Shown here: in pieces, positions 28,201 to 34,464 of the stretch
Layout of the letters: the number at the start of each line of letters is the position of its first letter
Numbering within the stretch: the first letter of the stretch is position 1
IMG/VR virus record: IMGVR_UViG_3300037524_000956
Origin: an uncultured virus (IMG/VR IMGVR_UViG_3300037524_000956)
Taxonomy: Duplodnaviria > Heunggongvirae > Uroviricota > Caudoviricetes
Length of the DNA stretch: 64,000 nt
Reading direction: 5' to 3' (one strand)
Position numbers and translations under genes: made by a program
The notes under the pieces: model-generated
Told to the model about the DNA's origin: nothing
The model's input: the letters and a program-made list of their open reading frames with translations, nothing else
Databases searched by the model: none

Positions 28201-28700
28201 GCCTTAGTAGCAACAGTCTTTTTAACTAGGTCTCCAACAGCACTCTTTGCAAGTGCTTTAACTCCTTGATTTGCACCAATCCGAGCAACTGCCCCACCAA
28301 TACCACCGCTTAACGCCAATGTACCAAGCATCGGAATACCTTTACCTAATTGGTATCCAGCCCAGTCCATAGCGTCTGAAGCGTTTTTAATATCTTCCAC
28401 CCTCGCAATGCTCGGTGCATTTAATCCACTTTGACTTTCTTGTATAGCCTTATTATACCCTTCAATACCCCAATCTGTAAGCCCGCTGGTTACAGCATTT
28501 TCCCCAATAAGATTCTCTACCCCTTGCGCACCTAAGCCCACAAGTCCATAGCCTGTTGCCTGCATCTCTTTCCCGAAGGCACCCAATCCCCTCCGCCACT
28601 CAGGGAGTTTATTATCAATCTCCACTGGAGTGTTTAACGCACGAAGATCACGGGTTTTCCAGATTTGCTCATACGGGTTAATGATGTTAGACGCAGCCAT
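19233..28700 (-). CDS. Giant polyvalent protein, probably virion-ejected: Gly/Ala-rich N-terminus, three ART-like domains, LPD23-like domain, two zincin motifs, LPD38-like C-terminus
   Basis: 3155-aa ORF; three YHGT...G(F)(Y/F)(F/M)T units; TGWHQGADKKWRFEISD; HEIQH and HEGSH; C-terminal DEIPEWDKERFIILP...QILENKDFAGNPI. Confidence 0.85.
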   Translation of the reverse strand: MAASNIINPYEQIWKTRDLRALNTPVEIDNKLPEWRRGLGAFGKEMQATGYGLVGLGAQGVENLIGENAVTSGLTDWGIEGYNKAIQESQSGLNAPSIARVEDIKNASDAMDWAGYQLGKGIPMLGTLALSGGIGGAVARIGANQGVKALAKSAVGDLVKKTVATKAIQAAEGQVVTQAMKQAAATALRDTFSKGAIAGGFTGSFGLEGGLAFGEQVAEGVNPADAVKSAIAVGGINGALEFLPFYSAAKSIGMGSYAKKSIAKVIADNPELSKRAIGLAKEIGGRAAKGAAVGAGAEGITEGLQELVSIAGLRWAENEPLFADLTPEDWGRIKNAAAAGALVGGAAMGAGATVGGLQAQETAPPPAGTPPAQTGTLPVTPPTDQTRTQDLEAMRSRIDAALAEAQAAGNTAGVEELQQIRARFDSELGVETPVQETPGQVAPVQEAPVEIPPVIQTIPPTQEITPPVQETPLDIPPVEEQVPVVSPNIPPVTQPPVLPRPGETVQLKRGEEVILTPPGQPETRVIPTEEEKAKLQQLLGERPTKPEVIPNAEEVQTQTEAPVNTRFSMPRRKGTKYTIKAYHGTPDDTFAEFDAKESGKNSGNTGLNGAGFYFTPDKETASSYGKNVISASLELNNPLITEDFAAYEGNEASDEEFLAAADVNFNALGSVFDNNPELSIEQKNIAKAKLNEFKTTGMGGELLLTFMDVYKEAVGPLEVNDAPTKLSDMAKQAGYDSITANYNGEPLEIVVFDPKQIKKSKPRRQATEATMEEFEAVRKQFQERQAQETPFKNWFGKGTPGVTADSAGTPITLYHGTNNPVFNEWDSSRAGEASSHPTSGLGFFMTADKGAAARYGNNLMALHAKIQNPYELTDADLTSIETKEDAAKLRKKLMAKGYDGAIVKAPGAKPYVIAFDSKQVKFVTNEKPTDSEDFRYSMPKGRFYSGLSRAVEGLSQKKASGTQWASMLNNMVSKGQIKKEELDWMGVDEWLKEQGVVSKEDVLKFVKDNEVKVTETLLGAGEPKITLNDETNKWEVYDLSGKLIGTVDNIKDSSDKEAKRFGDEIETVLKPLDFLNTQYIDKTRNKKWTLAGGKNHREIVITSPNIQPYNTEDKIHYGDIKEGRAIAWIRFNDRTDEDGKKLLFIEEIQSKRHQEGSKQGYIKEWTAQKLLDDKNFTIAPETFEGETEWFVREKEDGALIAAGDTKEQAIEKAVKSLNKYANGKVPIAPFQQTISGSSSTLSGWAGLGFKRMLRYAAENGYDRVGWTTGKQQAERYEQAGRDYLINLYDRQLPKEINKYVKKWGAEVGTTQIKVGDKQSTAVHSVDITLAMKESVMQGQPLFSFAGPRAATADLMSLETAQNRIEKGDNPEVVRQQTGWHQGADKKWRFEISDKDMKWKQSFDSIPESEFFKDEKAIPLSEVIDHPKLFAAYPFLEAIKLIKRKALFDIDQRTQGYFSDDKLEIVVTPYAKDPLSTILHEIQHAIQMYEGFAKGGNENSVWESLPVETKENVAKGVMEKLNEQIYQLKEAIETAVFLEKNIDFIIDYDNAISIRDKAYAEYMVYENLPRENKTRQEKLKVWREAMNDVGHVEKVIAGLLGSDRGLGSLPFKTFSVLSKFIDFIKKDDSKKEITKYKFKLNVEITDILEKIAAIRSGNEKAIRAEANLYEFYKKLAGETEARLTQARQGMTEEERKERSPQSMQEYPDEEQIVVMQGGQSLSAEQGSPIRPVTPDELRANVNSVMGENWIQQAEAAGIIEVIDGAGTRGESGSWAGDKFRLYTQTMPADGSPLGVLLHEGSHAPTFNEILGDSLEGYLKDLDTLAENGNETARNAIAQATIAVADVLGIKHNLMQGGNKTDLKNVQALIEERRPGLLAEEKLAYFIQYAAETKDGAGFLKRLINAIKAWFAQTQLGQALKQAGIGFELNEAMAVEWAKASLRNSLAEAQQAARARELVIAEAKEMPPSVRLGRALEAQYSVAPETTLQDTPEESIDKVRKQYENSDQWMKAPNGQSTNLNERQWLQVRTPEFKAWFGNWENDQGNSSKILDDNGEPLVVYHGTQSDFSEFDLGKVGTGTDSGVYGKGFYFTSDPKLASVYTKNYSGGNVIPVFLNMQNPAAKAQVDFTDPDIRENLKQSGYDGVIVKPPQLPAEFQNVELFGRKAKQASDEYVVYDPNQIKSAIANIGLFSSTDSNILYSIGLQEFKDTLWTDPTDSRQDFVNKPGLLQKFRANFIDFFAEMEKKSTRVYDAYSLLRNKKAARLVQARQEYMFPLRDLIAKGPWTSKEVGDMLAARHLKVDNVNTRLAERSSYSYTKELLKALPESKKKELMKARSNVKGGKMPDGSVYLDINGTPAKMSKKTKQKLMFDLMNKYVVFEQLNPDGKQALRFEWEVFKDAAGGFSNGGIGKGIVRSIDDVLADTSKDQARFDKIANLFDAMNRHALQIREDGELITPEEHARLLLDKTTYAPLRRESYNVDREIEQLFQRAGQGGSKQLGVRTGTTALSEPTLVLQNALAALEASAAAAERNLANKELYEVVNADKESWKPWFAIVDADKYITHDEDGFLQERNATASNRADITLINKGKKLVIRPNMHNERAMGFVRAANNLDAQIVSGPMSVLNFFNNIVRWVNVTASPAFLMMNAIRDPGTALYNLQATEAAPYTSEIFANYGKSFNALKKVFLDGNRNPTDADVKMVEAFENAGGRTSFIEQLNPSDDTWRSFDAQVARRQGGMKQIMAAKDKWIDGLENFNVLFENVMRLSTFNVLMDKGVDKTRAARIAQDLTTNFTRRGYKTQALGNWWVFFNAAVQGNYQVLRNLMASKKLQAWAGGTIMFALMLDLLGRAVADDWDEIPEWDKERFIILPIKVAGDFVKIPAPWVYNVLWRTGGMFGETLAGVRKPQNMILDLAALTAVTFNPLGKPGSIAQAISPTAADPFVQILENKDFAGNPIGPEGFPGAGSKANSELLWSSTPKGYQSVARFVNELTGGSAVESGAIDLRPGDYQLLAKFLTGSLGRFLSDATFGLQENLEKGIEGPKEIPIVKEFFSEPYNPMRSQTYHTNIAAVYGAHKLEKMYRDGPERDLVKLQEVRQARSKDLRMYSQAQDVERQIKSLRVRIRAAENRKDDARVKELRGRIEAVQERFNAAYKQRVS

Positions 28701-28717
28701 GTTATCACCTGTGTATG

Positions 28718-28742
28718 TACGAAATTGACAAACAGTTTCGTA
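28718..28742. promoter_or_regulatory. Dispersed palindromic motif, copy 4
   Basis: TACGAAA-TTGACAAACAG-TTTCGTA with perfect arms, immediately upstream of the giant gene. Confidence 0.7.
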
Positions 28743-28748
28743 TTTATG

Positions 28749-28946
28749 TTACCGTTTATTTTGTAATTCTTTTAAGGGTCTTGTCTGTGCAACCTTCCCT
28801 GGTTTGTATCTATCAATCGCTTGCCCCTTGGCAATAGCAGAAGTATTAAGCGCCTCCGCTGTCATTCGCCCGTCGCCGCCGGTAGGGAGGCGGGACTGCT
28901 TGTTGAGATTATCAATTAGCGCTCGAAGCTTTTCGTGTGGACTCAT
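28749..28946 (-). CDS. Hypothetical protein
   Basis: ORF with start moved to MSPHEKL (AAGGA RBS). Confidence 0.5.
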   Translation of the reverse strand: MSPHEKLRALIDNLNKQSRLPTGGDGRMTAEALNTSAIAKGQAIDRYKPGKVAQTRPLKELQNKR

Positions 28947-28950
28947 TTCA

Positions 28951-29115
28951 TCAGTCCTTCTTAAGTGACTTCGCTCGCTGGCTGCGGGCCTTTTTGGTTT
29001 TACCCTGCCCGACAAAAATAGCCGCCGCCTGAGACTGCGCCTTGTCATAAGCCGGGCTATCTTTCTTAGCGCCCTTGGCGATTTTATCTCGTACTGCCTC
29101 GTATTGTTTGGGCAT
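28951..29115 (-). CDS. Small basic protein (54 aa, not in ORF track)
   Basis: AAGGA RBS; MPKQYEAVRDKIAKGAKKDSPAYDKAQSQAAAIF...KSLKKD. Confidence 0.55.
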   Translation of the reverse strand: MPKQYEAVRDKIAKGAKKDSPAYDKAQSQAAAIFVGQGKTKKARSQRAKSLKKD

Positions 29116-29119
29116 TTTA

Positions 29120-30343
29120 TTATCCTTTGTGATCTCTGGTTATTTGAGCCGTTATATTCTCAAGGTACTTAGTCATGTTTGCAGGTGGCCCATTCTTCCA
29201 GTCAAAATCTGATCGCTGCATATACCCTTGTACAATCTCCGCCGGAACACCAGTTGCTTTAGATATTTCCCAAGCACCCGTAGCTAATTCTTTATCTGGA
29301 GCACCTTCTTTACCAATTGAGAAATTTTCAGTAAAAACACTTTTCGCCTCAATGTCTTGTTTCTTTTCTTCCAAGCTTGTCTTTGCAGTTTGATTCTGCA
29401 AATTACCTTTATCAATAAGCAAGCGCTCTCTATCAACACCTTGCCTTGCAGCGTTATTTTGCATATCAACCAAAAGTCGTTTTTCATCCAAAGGATTTAC
29501 CGTCGGCGCTTGCGCTACAGGCCTCTGCATAGCCTGCTGGTTTGCATCCCACATTTGCTGCGCGGCGATAGTATTAGCCTGCGCCCGTCTCTTCGCCCCA
29601 CCGAGCGACCCAGGAGCTGCTTGGAACTGCCGTAAGAATCTATCCCGATCTAAAATCTCATCCCCGAATTGTCCACCCTCTTGCGGGGCAGCAGTCCCAG
29701 AACCGGCTACTCTACCTTCACGTATATCTAATTGACTACGCGGTATTCCCATACGTTCCGCTCGGAGGTCTCTTAATGCCTCGGTGGAGCGGTCAAAACT
29801 TGCAGCCATTTTGTTTGCATTTGCATCCTGCTCAAAACGAGATTGTAAATTACGGTCAGCTTGTTCTTGGGTAGATATTCCTTGCACCTGCCCTGTGCGC
29901 ATATTACCACCAACTACATCAGCCCCGTAAGGATTTTCAGGAGAGATACGGCCTTTAATTCCGGCTATTCGTGCCCTTTCAGCTTGCTGCATGTTTGTGA
30001 TAGGTGCTTCAACTACTTCCGTACCCCGCTGTATATTCGCAACACCTTCGGGGCGAGCGATGGTATTAACAGGCATACGCGACCGACGGACTGCATCTTC
30101 TGCTGAAGAAGGTGTAAGAACATTATTTGCTAAAGTAGTAGGTACAGTAGGTTTAGGTTGTGGAGATCTCAATGCTACTCGGCGATTTTCTACAAAATCT
30201 TTAACGGTGCTTAAAGGTGTTGGGGCACTTTCATACGCTTTATTTTGTGGACGAACACCAAGCATGTTTGGTTTATTAGCCGCACGAGTAGCTGCTAAGC
30301 CTTCCTCACGCATTTTAGCAAACCTATCAAAAAACGTAGCCAT
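29120..30343 (-). CDS. Putative internal virion/ejection protein
   Basis: 407 aa, Gln/Ala/Arg-rich, upstream of the giant gene. Confidence 0.55.
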   Translation of the reverse strand: MATFFDRFAKMREEGLAATRAANKPNMLGVRPQNKAYESAPTPLSTVKDFVENRRVALRSPQPKPTVPTTLANNVLTPSSAEDAVRRSRMPVNTIARPEGVANIQRGTEVVEAPITNMQQAERARIAGIKGRISPENPYGADVVGGNMRTGQVQGISTQEQADRNLQSRFEQDANANKMAASFDRSTEALRDLRAERMGIPRSQLDIREGRVAGSGTAAPQEGGQFGDEILDRDRFLRQFQAAPGSLGGAKRRAQANTIAAQQMWDANQQAMQRPVAQAPTVNPLDEKRLLVDMQNNAARQGVDRERLLIDKGNLQNQTAKTSLEEKKQDIEAKSVFTENFSIGKEGAPDKELATGAWEISKATGVPAEIVQGYMQRSDFDWKNGPPANMTKYLENITAQITRDHKG

Positions 30344-30367
30344 AGCAATACCTCGCAGTTATGTGAT

Positions 30368-30390
30368 AGCCAGTACTCCATGTACTGGCT
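30368..30390 (-). terminator. Intergenic hairpin
   Basis: AGCCAGTAC-N5-GTACTGGCT. Confidence 0.4.
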
Positions 30391-30398
30391 GTTATCAA

Positions 30399-30635
30399 TT
30401 AAAGCTCATCCAGCATCTTCTTCCGTTTCGCCATAGCCCCTCGCACCACGTCCCGCCCCGGAACCTTTAACGTATCAGCAGCGACATTCGCTCTTGATTG
30501 GTTAGTAACTTTCGGTGGTGGAGGGGCAGAAGCTCTTTGCCTCCCTGGCACAGGGATTTCAGGGTCTGGCCCTTTTCCTTTTGGCATTGCATCGTACATC
30601 TTTTTACCAGCTTTAATAAGTTGCTCTAAAGGCAT
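30399..30635 (-). CDS. Hypothetical basic protein
   Basis: GGAG RBS, 78 aa. Confidence 0.6.
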   Translation of the reverse strand: MPLEQLIKAGKKMYDAMPKGKGPDPEIPVPGRQRASAPPPPKVTNQSRANVAADTLKVPGRDVVRGAMAKRKKMLDEL

Positions 30636-30655
30636 AACACTTCTCCGGTTGTAGT

Positions 30656-32578
30656 TTAACTCTCATCAAAAATAACATTAGCAATTCCATTCGCAGCAGA
30701 CATAGCCCCACCTGCCATTTGGGCCATGATTTGCGCACCTTCCCCATTCACTTTTGCAAGCGATTCAAGAATCTGCAATTTCTTTTGGGCTATTGTAATT
30801 GCTTGCTCACGAGTAACTTTGTACGCCTCGAAAAGCCCCTTCTGTTCTTCTTGCCGCCATTCATCATCCAGCTTGGCTTTTTCCAAAGTGGCCCGAGCGT
30901 CTACCAAATAATCCTTAGCCGCTGTTTCATACGCGGCTAGATCATACTTTGCTTGAGATGTGGAAATTTCTACTGGGGCCATTGCCGCTTTTACCTTGGC
31001 TTTAAGTTCCTCCAGCACCGCGTCATTCCGCTGCTTTTGTGACTGAATAATCGCCCGGCTGGCATTGACTTGGGCAATGAAAGCATCCGCTTGTGCTTCA
31101 TACCCTTTTATCTTTGCTGTTTCCGCTTCAATCAGTGCCGTGTTTCCACTAATTTCCGCTACCAGGGCATTGACTTGGGCTTCATACGCATTGACCCTAG
31201 AACCAAAAGAACGAATCTGCGCTTCGAAGACTTCTACCGGCAACGACTTCAATTCCAGTTCAGTCCTTGCCATCGCCACCTGCGAAGCCAATACGCGGTT
31301 CTCTGCCTCCAACCGTTGCAGTTCAGTCTGGTATTGCTGCACCAGCATCCCGTCTTGTTCCTGCTTGGCCTTCTCAACTTCTAATTGTGCAAACACCACT
31401 TCGTATTGAATCAACTGAACTTTCAGTTCTTCTTCAAACAGCCTCAGTTTAAACTCCGCTTCTTTAAATTCCAGGTCGTAAATCTGATAGTTCTCTACAG
31501 TAAACGCAGTCAACAAAGCGTCTGTTACTTGTTGAGCATATTTAATAGATTGCCGGTGTGCTTCCAAGACCATTTCCAGTTCTTTGGTTTTTAGCTCCTG
31601 GATAGCCCGCCGAAGTTTTTCATAAAGCGTAGCTGACAACTCAAACAAATCTTGCGCTTGTTCCCATTGATTCGTTTCTTGTTGTGACTGCGCCTGAGCA
31701 GTCCAGGCGCTAATCGACTGTTCCATTGTGGTGCTAAGAGCGTTTCGTACTAGCGCTGGTAAGTCCCACCCTGAACGATCCTGGAAAGCCGCTCGTACTC
31801 GATTGGCTTCTTCCTCAATCGCTGTATTCAGCCCTTGCTGAATTTTGGTTTCGGTAGAAGTCAGCCGGCTTTGGTAACGATCCGTTAATTGCGCCCCGAT
31901 TAAATCAATGAAGTCAGTAAAAATCGGCCCAAAAGATTGATCAGACATCGCAGAAAGTTCTTCGATCAACTCATCCAGCCCACGAATCCCTTGATTCCCA
32001 CCGAAAATCGACCCGGAGAATTTGTTAAGCTGGGCATCAAAAAATCCTGGATCGAAATTCAAATCAACATCAAGCGGCTCAAATTCAGTAGGCGGAACAT
32101 TTATCTGCACCGCAGGTAATGCTGTTAAACTTTGCAACGTCGGGGATGCAGGCAACGCCGTGTCAGGGGTGGCTGGTAAAGTTACGCTGGAACTTACTGA
32201 CGGGTCTGCCAGTGAAAATTTAGGAGCGTTGCCAAACGAAGCATATTGGAATGTCGGAAACTGCAATGCCGCCAATGTCGCATCAAACTCTGTATCAATA
32301 TCATCAACAGTCGTCAGTGATGGAAGCGGCGGAAGGGTTACAGTAGGGAAAATAGGAAGCCCTGGCTTTGAAGGTCCAGTTTGAGATGGGGAAAATTTTA
32401 ACTCATCGAAATTTGTCAGGCCTTTCGCTTGAATAACTCTAGGTATTTCAGGAATACGAACTGGCTCACTAATAACCCCAACCGCCTGATTGACCAGCGA
32501 CTGCGCCGATTCAGTTAAGCTATTCGCATTTGTAATTGCATGGCTTAAAATAGCCGCCATTTGGCTTTCAGCAGACAT
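30656..32578 (-). CDS. Coiled-coil virion protein, paralog A
   Basis: Pro-rich N-terminus and long heptad region; architecture matches the next gene. Confidence 0.7.
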   Translation of the reverse strand: MSAESQMAAILSHAITNANSLTESAQSLVNQAVGVISEPVRIPEIPRVIQAKGLTNFDELKFSPSQTGPSKPGLPIFPTVTLPPLPSLTTVDDIDTEFDATLAALQFPTFQYASFGNAPKFSLADPSVSSSVTLPATPDTALPASPTLQSLTALPAVQINVPPTEFEPLDVDLNFDPGFFDAQLNKFSGSIFGGNQGIRGLDELIEELSAMSDQSFGPIFTDFIDLIGAQLTDRYQSRLTSTETKIQQGLNTAIEEEANRVRAAFQDRSGWDLPALVRNALSTTMEQSISAWTAQAQSQQETNQWEQAQDLFELSATLYEKLRRAIQELKTKELEMVLEAHRQSIKYAQQVTDALLTAFTVENYQIYDLEFKEAEFKLRLFEEELKVQLIQYEVVFAQLEVEKAKQEQDGMLVQQYQTELQRLEAENRVLASQVAMARTELELKSLPVEVFEAQIRSFGSRVNAYEAQVNALVAEISGNTALIEAETAKIKGYEAQADAFIAQVNASRAIIQSQKQRNDAVLEELKAKVKAAMAPVEISTSQAKYDLAAYETAAKDYLVDARATLEKAKLDDEWRQEEQKGLFEAYKVTREQAITIAQKKLQILESLAKVNGEGAQIMAQMAGGAMSAANGIANVIFDES

Positions 32579-34464
32579 TATGCACTCTCCATAATTTCTA
32601 ATGCCCCTACGCCGTTCAACCCGGCGAACGATTGCGTGGCTAAACTTCCTACCGTACCTGCTCCCTGATTAATAACTGCGCCTTCCGCCTGCCGTTGAGC
32701 AAACAATATTCCATATTCTTCAATAGCCAAAATAGTTTCCGTGTGGTCTTTTTGCATTTCACGTAGGGCATTATCTAACACAACTCGATCTTCTAAATCC
32801 TGTCCTTGCAGTTCTAAAGACATTTCCGCCGCCTCCGCCTCATATCCTTGCAGCATAGCCATTACCGCCAAGCGTAGCACCGTATCAAACGACTGGAGCT
32901 CCAAAAGCTTTCCGTCAAGAAGCGCGTTGTATTCTTCCAACAGTGCGTTATTTTGTGCAGCTTGCGCAGTCACGGTTGCAGACATTCCGGCCACTTCGGC
33001 CTCGAATGCCTTAACTTGTGCTTGGTACTGGCGAACCTTAACCAGTTCCCCGTCCATTCTGGCGACATCCCCTTTAATCCGGGCAGTCAATGATTGCTGT
33101 TCGGCAGCAAACGCCTTCACATTGGCATCAAACGCCTTCACGCGGGCTTCGTAAATCCGCAATTTTAATAATTCCAATTTCTGTTGCGTTGCAAGATATT
33201 CGGTTTCCGTTTGGTACTTCCGAGTACGCTGTTCAACAATCGCCATCGCCCCTTGATACACTTGAAGTTGGTGTTGATTAAAGGTGTTTTTTAATTGATT
33301 AGACTCTAACACTGTTTTCATTTCAGTGAGCTTGGTTTGCTCCAACTTTAGCCGAAGCTCCGTGCGGCGAGACTGCGTTTCGTTGTACTGAATAAAAAAG
33401 CCAATTTCCTTATCCTTGGTCTCTAGGACTTTTATAGCTAGCGCCAGCGCTTGCGAAGCCCCATCAAGCGCCAATTGCGCCCCTTTCATTCGCCAACCAA
33501 CTTCTTGCGCCTTTAACATCAACGCAGCTTCAATCCATTGCGAACACAACTGCATAGCCCATTGCAGATGTTTTACTTCTTTATTTCGCCGTTCCAACGC
33601 GACTTTAGAAGCTGATTGTGTAGTACCTTGGAGGGTTTTCAGTTCCAAATCAAGCCGCGCCCATAACCGTTGACCTGTAGGCAACCCGGTTAATGAAGAA
33701 GGTGCGTCGTCCAACGTGGTTAAAGCAGATTGCCGTTCGCTTCGTAAATCCTGTATAGCTTGTGTATGGCGTTGCGTACTCCAGTCATCTGGCACGGCAG
33801 TTTCTGTCCCACGCAAAATACCTTGCATCCGTGCAGTAAAAACTGTATCCAGCCGAACAACAACATCTTGATAAAGTTGGCTTAACCATTGCGAAAATGA
33901 CTCCATATCCGGGGCCATAATCCTAAGACCGGCTTCATACTCTTCAAAAAAATCCCCATCGAATTTTTCAAACTTTGGTTTCGGTACATTAGGCGGATCG
34001 CCGGACAAAGGGTTAATTCTAAATTCACCAGGGATTGTAAGCGTCGGTGATACTGGCTCCTGCTCCGCCAGTGAAAAATCAGGAGTTGTCGTTAAACTTG
34101 GTGTGCGCGGCGCAGACTTACTAAAAGAAGGCAAACCCGACAACAAAGTAGTTACTGTACCAGGCAAAGAAATTTTAAGCGGCTTAGCCGTAAATTTATC
34201 TTTAAACGGCGTAATATCTTGAAGTCCGCTAAACTCAGGATTTTCAAATTGTACAATATCACTCAAGTTCGGCGGCTGTGGCACTCGTACACTATCTGTA
34301 GTGGTGCGCTCGACTTCAAACAGCACTGGGTTTAGTTTAGGAGGGGTGACTCCATTAAAGGTAGCCCCCGCCTGATTTACTAAGTTAGTCGCCTGCCCGC
34401 GAGTGCTGCCTGATATAGATTTCAAACTTGCAATTAAGCTATTAATGGCGCTTTCTACACTCAT
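32578..34464 (-). CDS. Coiled-coil virion protein, paralog B
   Basis: Same layout as 30656-32578 (YEARVKAF vs FEAQIRSF, similar termini). Confidence 0.7.
   Translation of the reverse strand: MSVESAINSLIASLKSISGSTRGQATNLVNQAGATFNGVTPPKLNPVLFEVERTTTDSVRVPQPPNLSDIVQFENPEFSGLQDITPFKDKFTAKPLKISLPGTVTTLLSGLPSFSKSAPRTPSLTTTPDFSLAEQEPVSPTLTIPGEFRINPLSGDPPNVPKPKFEKFDGDFFEEYEAGLRIMAPDMESFSQWLSQLYQDVVVRLDTVFTARMQGILRGTETAVPDDWSTQRHTQAIQDLRSERQSALTTLDDAPSSLTGLPTGQRLWARLDLELKTLQGTTQSASKVALERRNKEVKHLQWAMQLCSQWIEAALMLKAQEVGWRMKGAQLALDGASQALALAIKVLETKDKEIGFFIQYNETQSRRTELRLKLEQTKLTEMKTVLESNQLKNTFNQHQLQVYQGAMAIVEQRTRKYQTETEYLATQQKLELLKLRIYEARVKAFDANVKAFAAEQQSLTARIKGDVARMDGELVKVRQYQAQVKAFEAEVAGMSATVTAQAAQNNALLEEYNALLDGKLLELQSFDTVLRLAVMAMLQGYEAEAAEMSLELQGQDLEDRVVLDNALREMQKDHTETILAIEEYGILFAQRQAEGAVINQGAGTVGSLATQSFAGLNGVGALEIMESA

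Noticed and set aside
19233..28700. Giant ORF as an N4-type virion RNA polymerase, suggested by its size and the N4-like capsid
   Set aside because: No single-subunit RNAP motifs seen; the domains are ART-like, zincin and LPD-like
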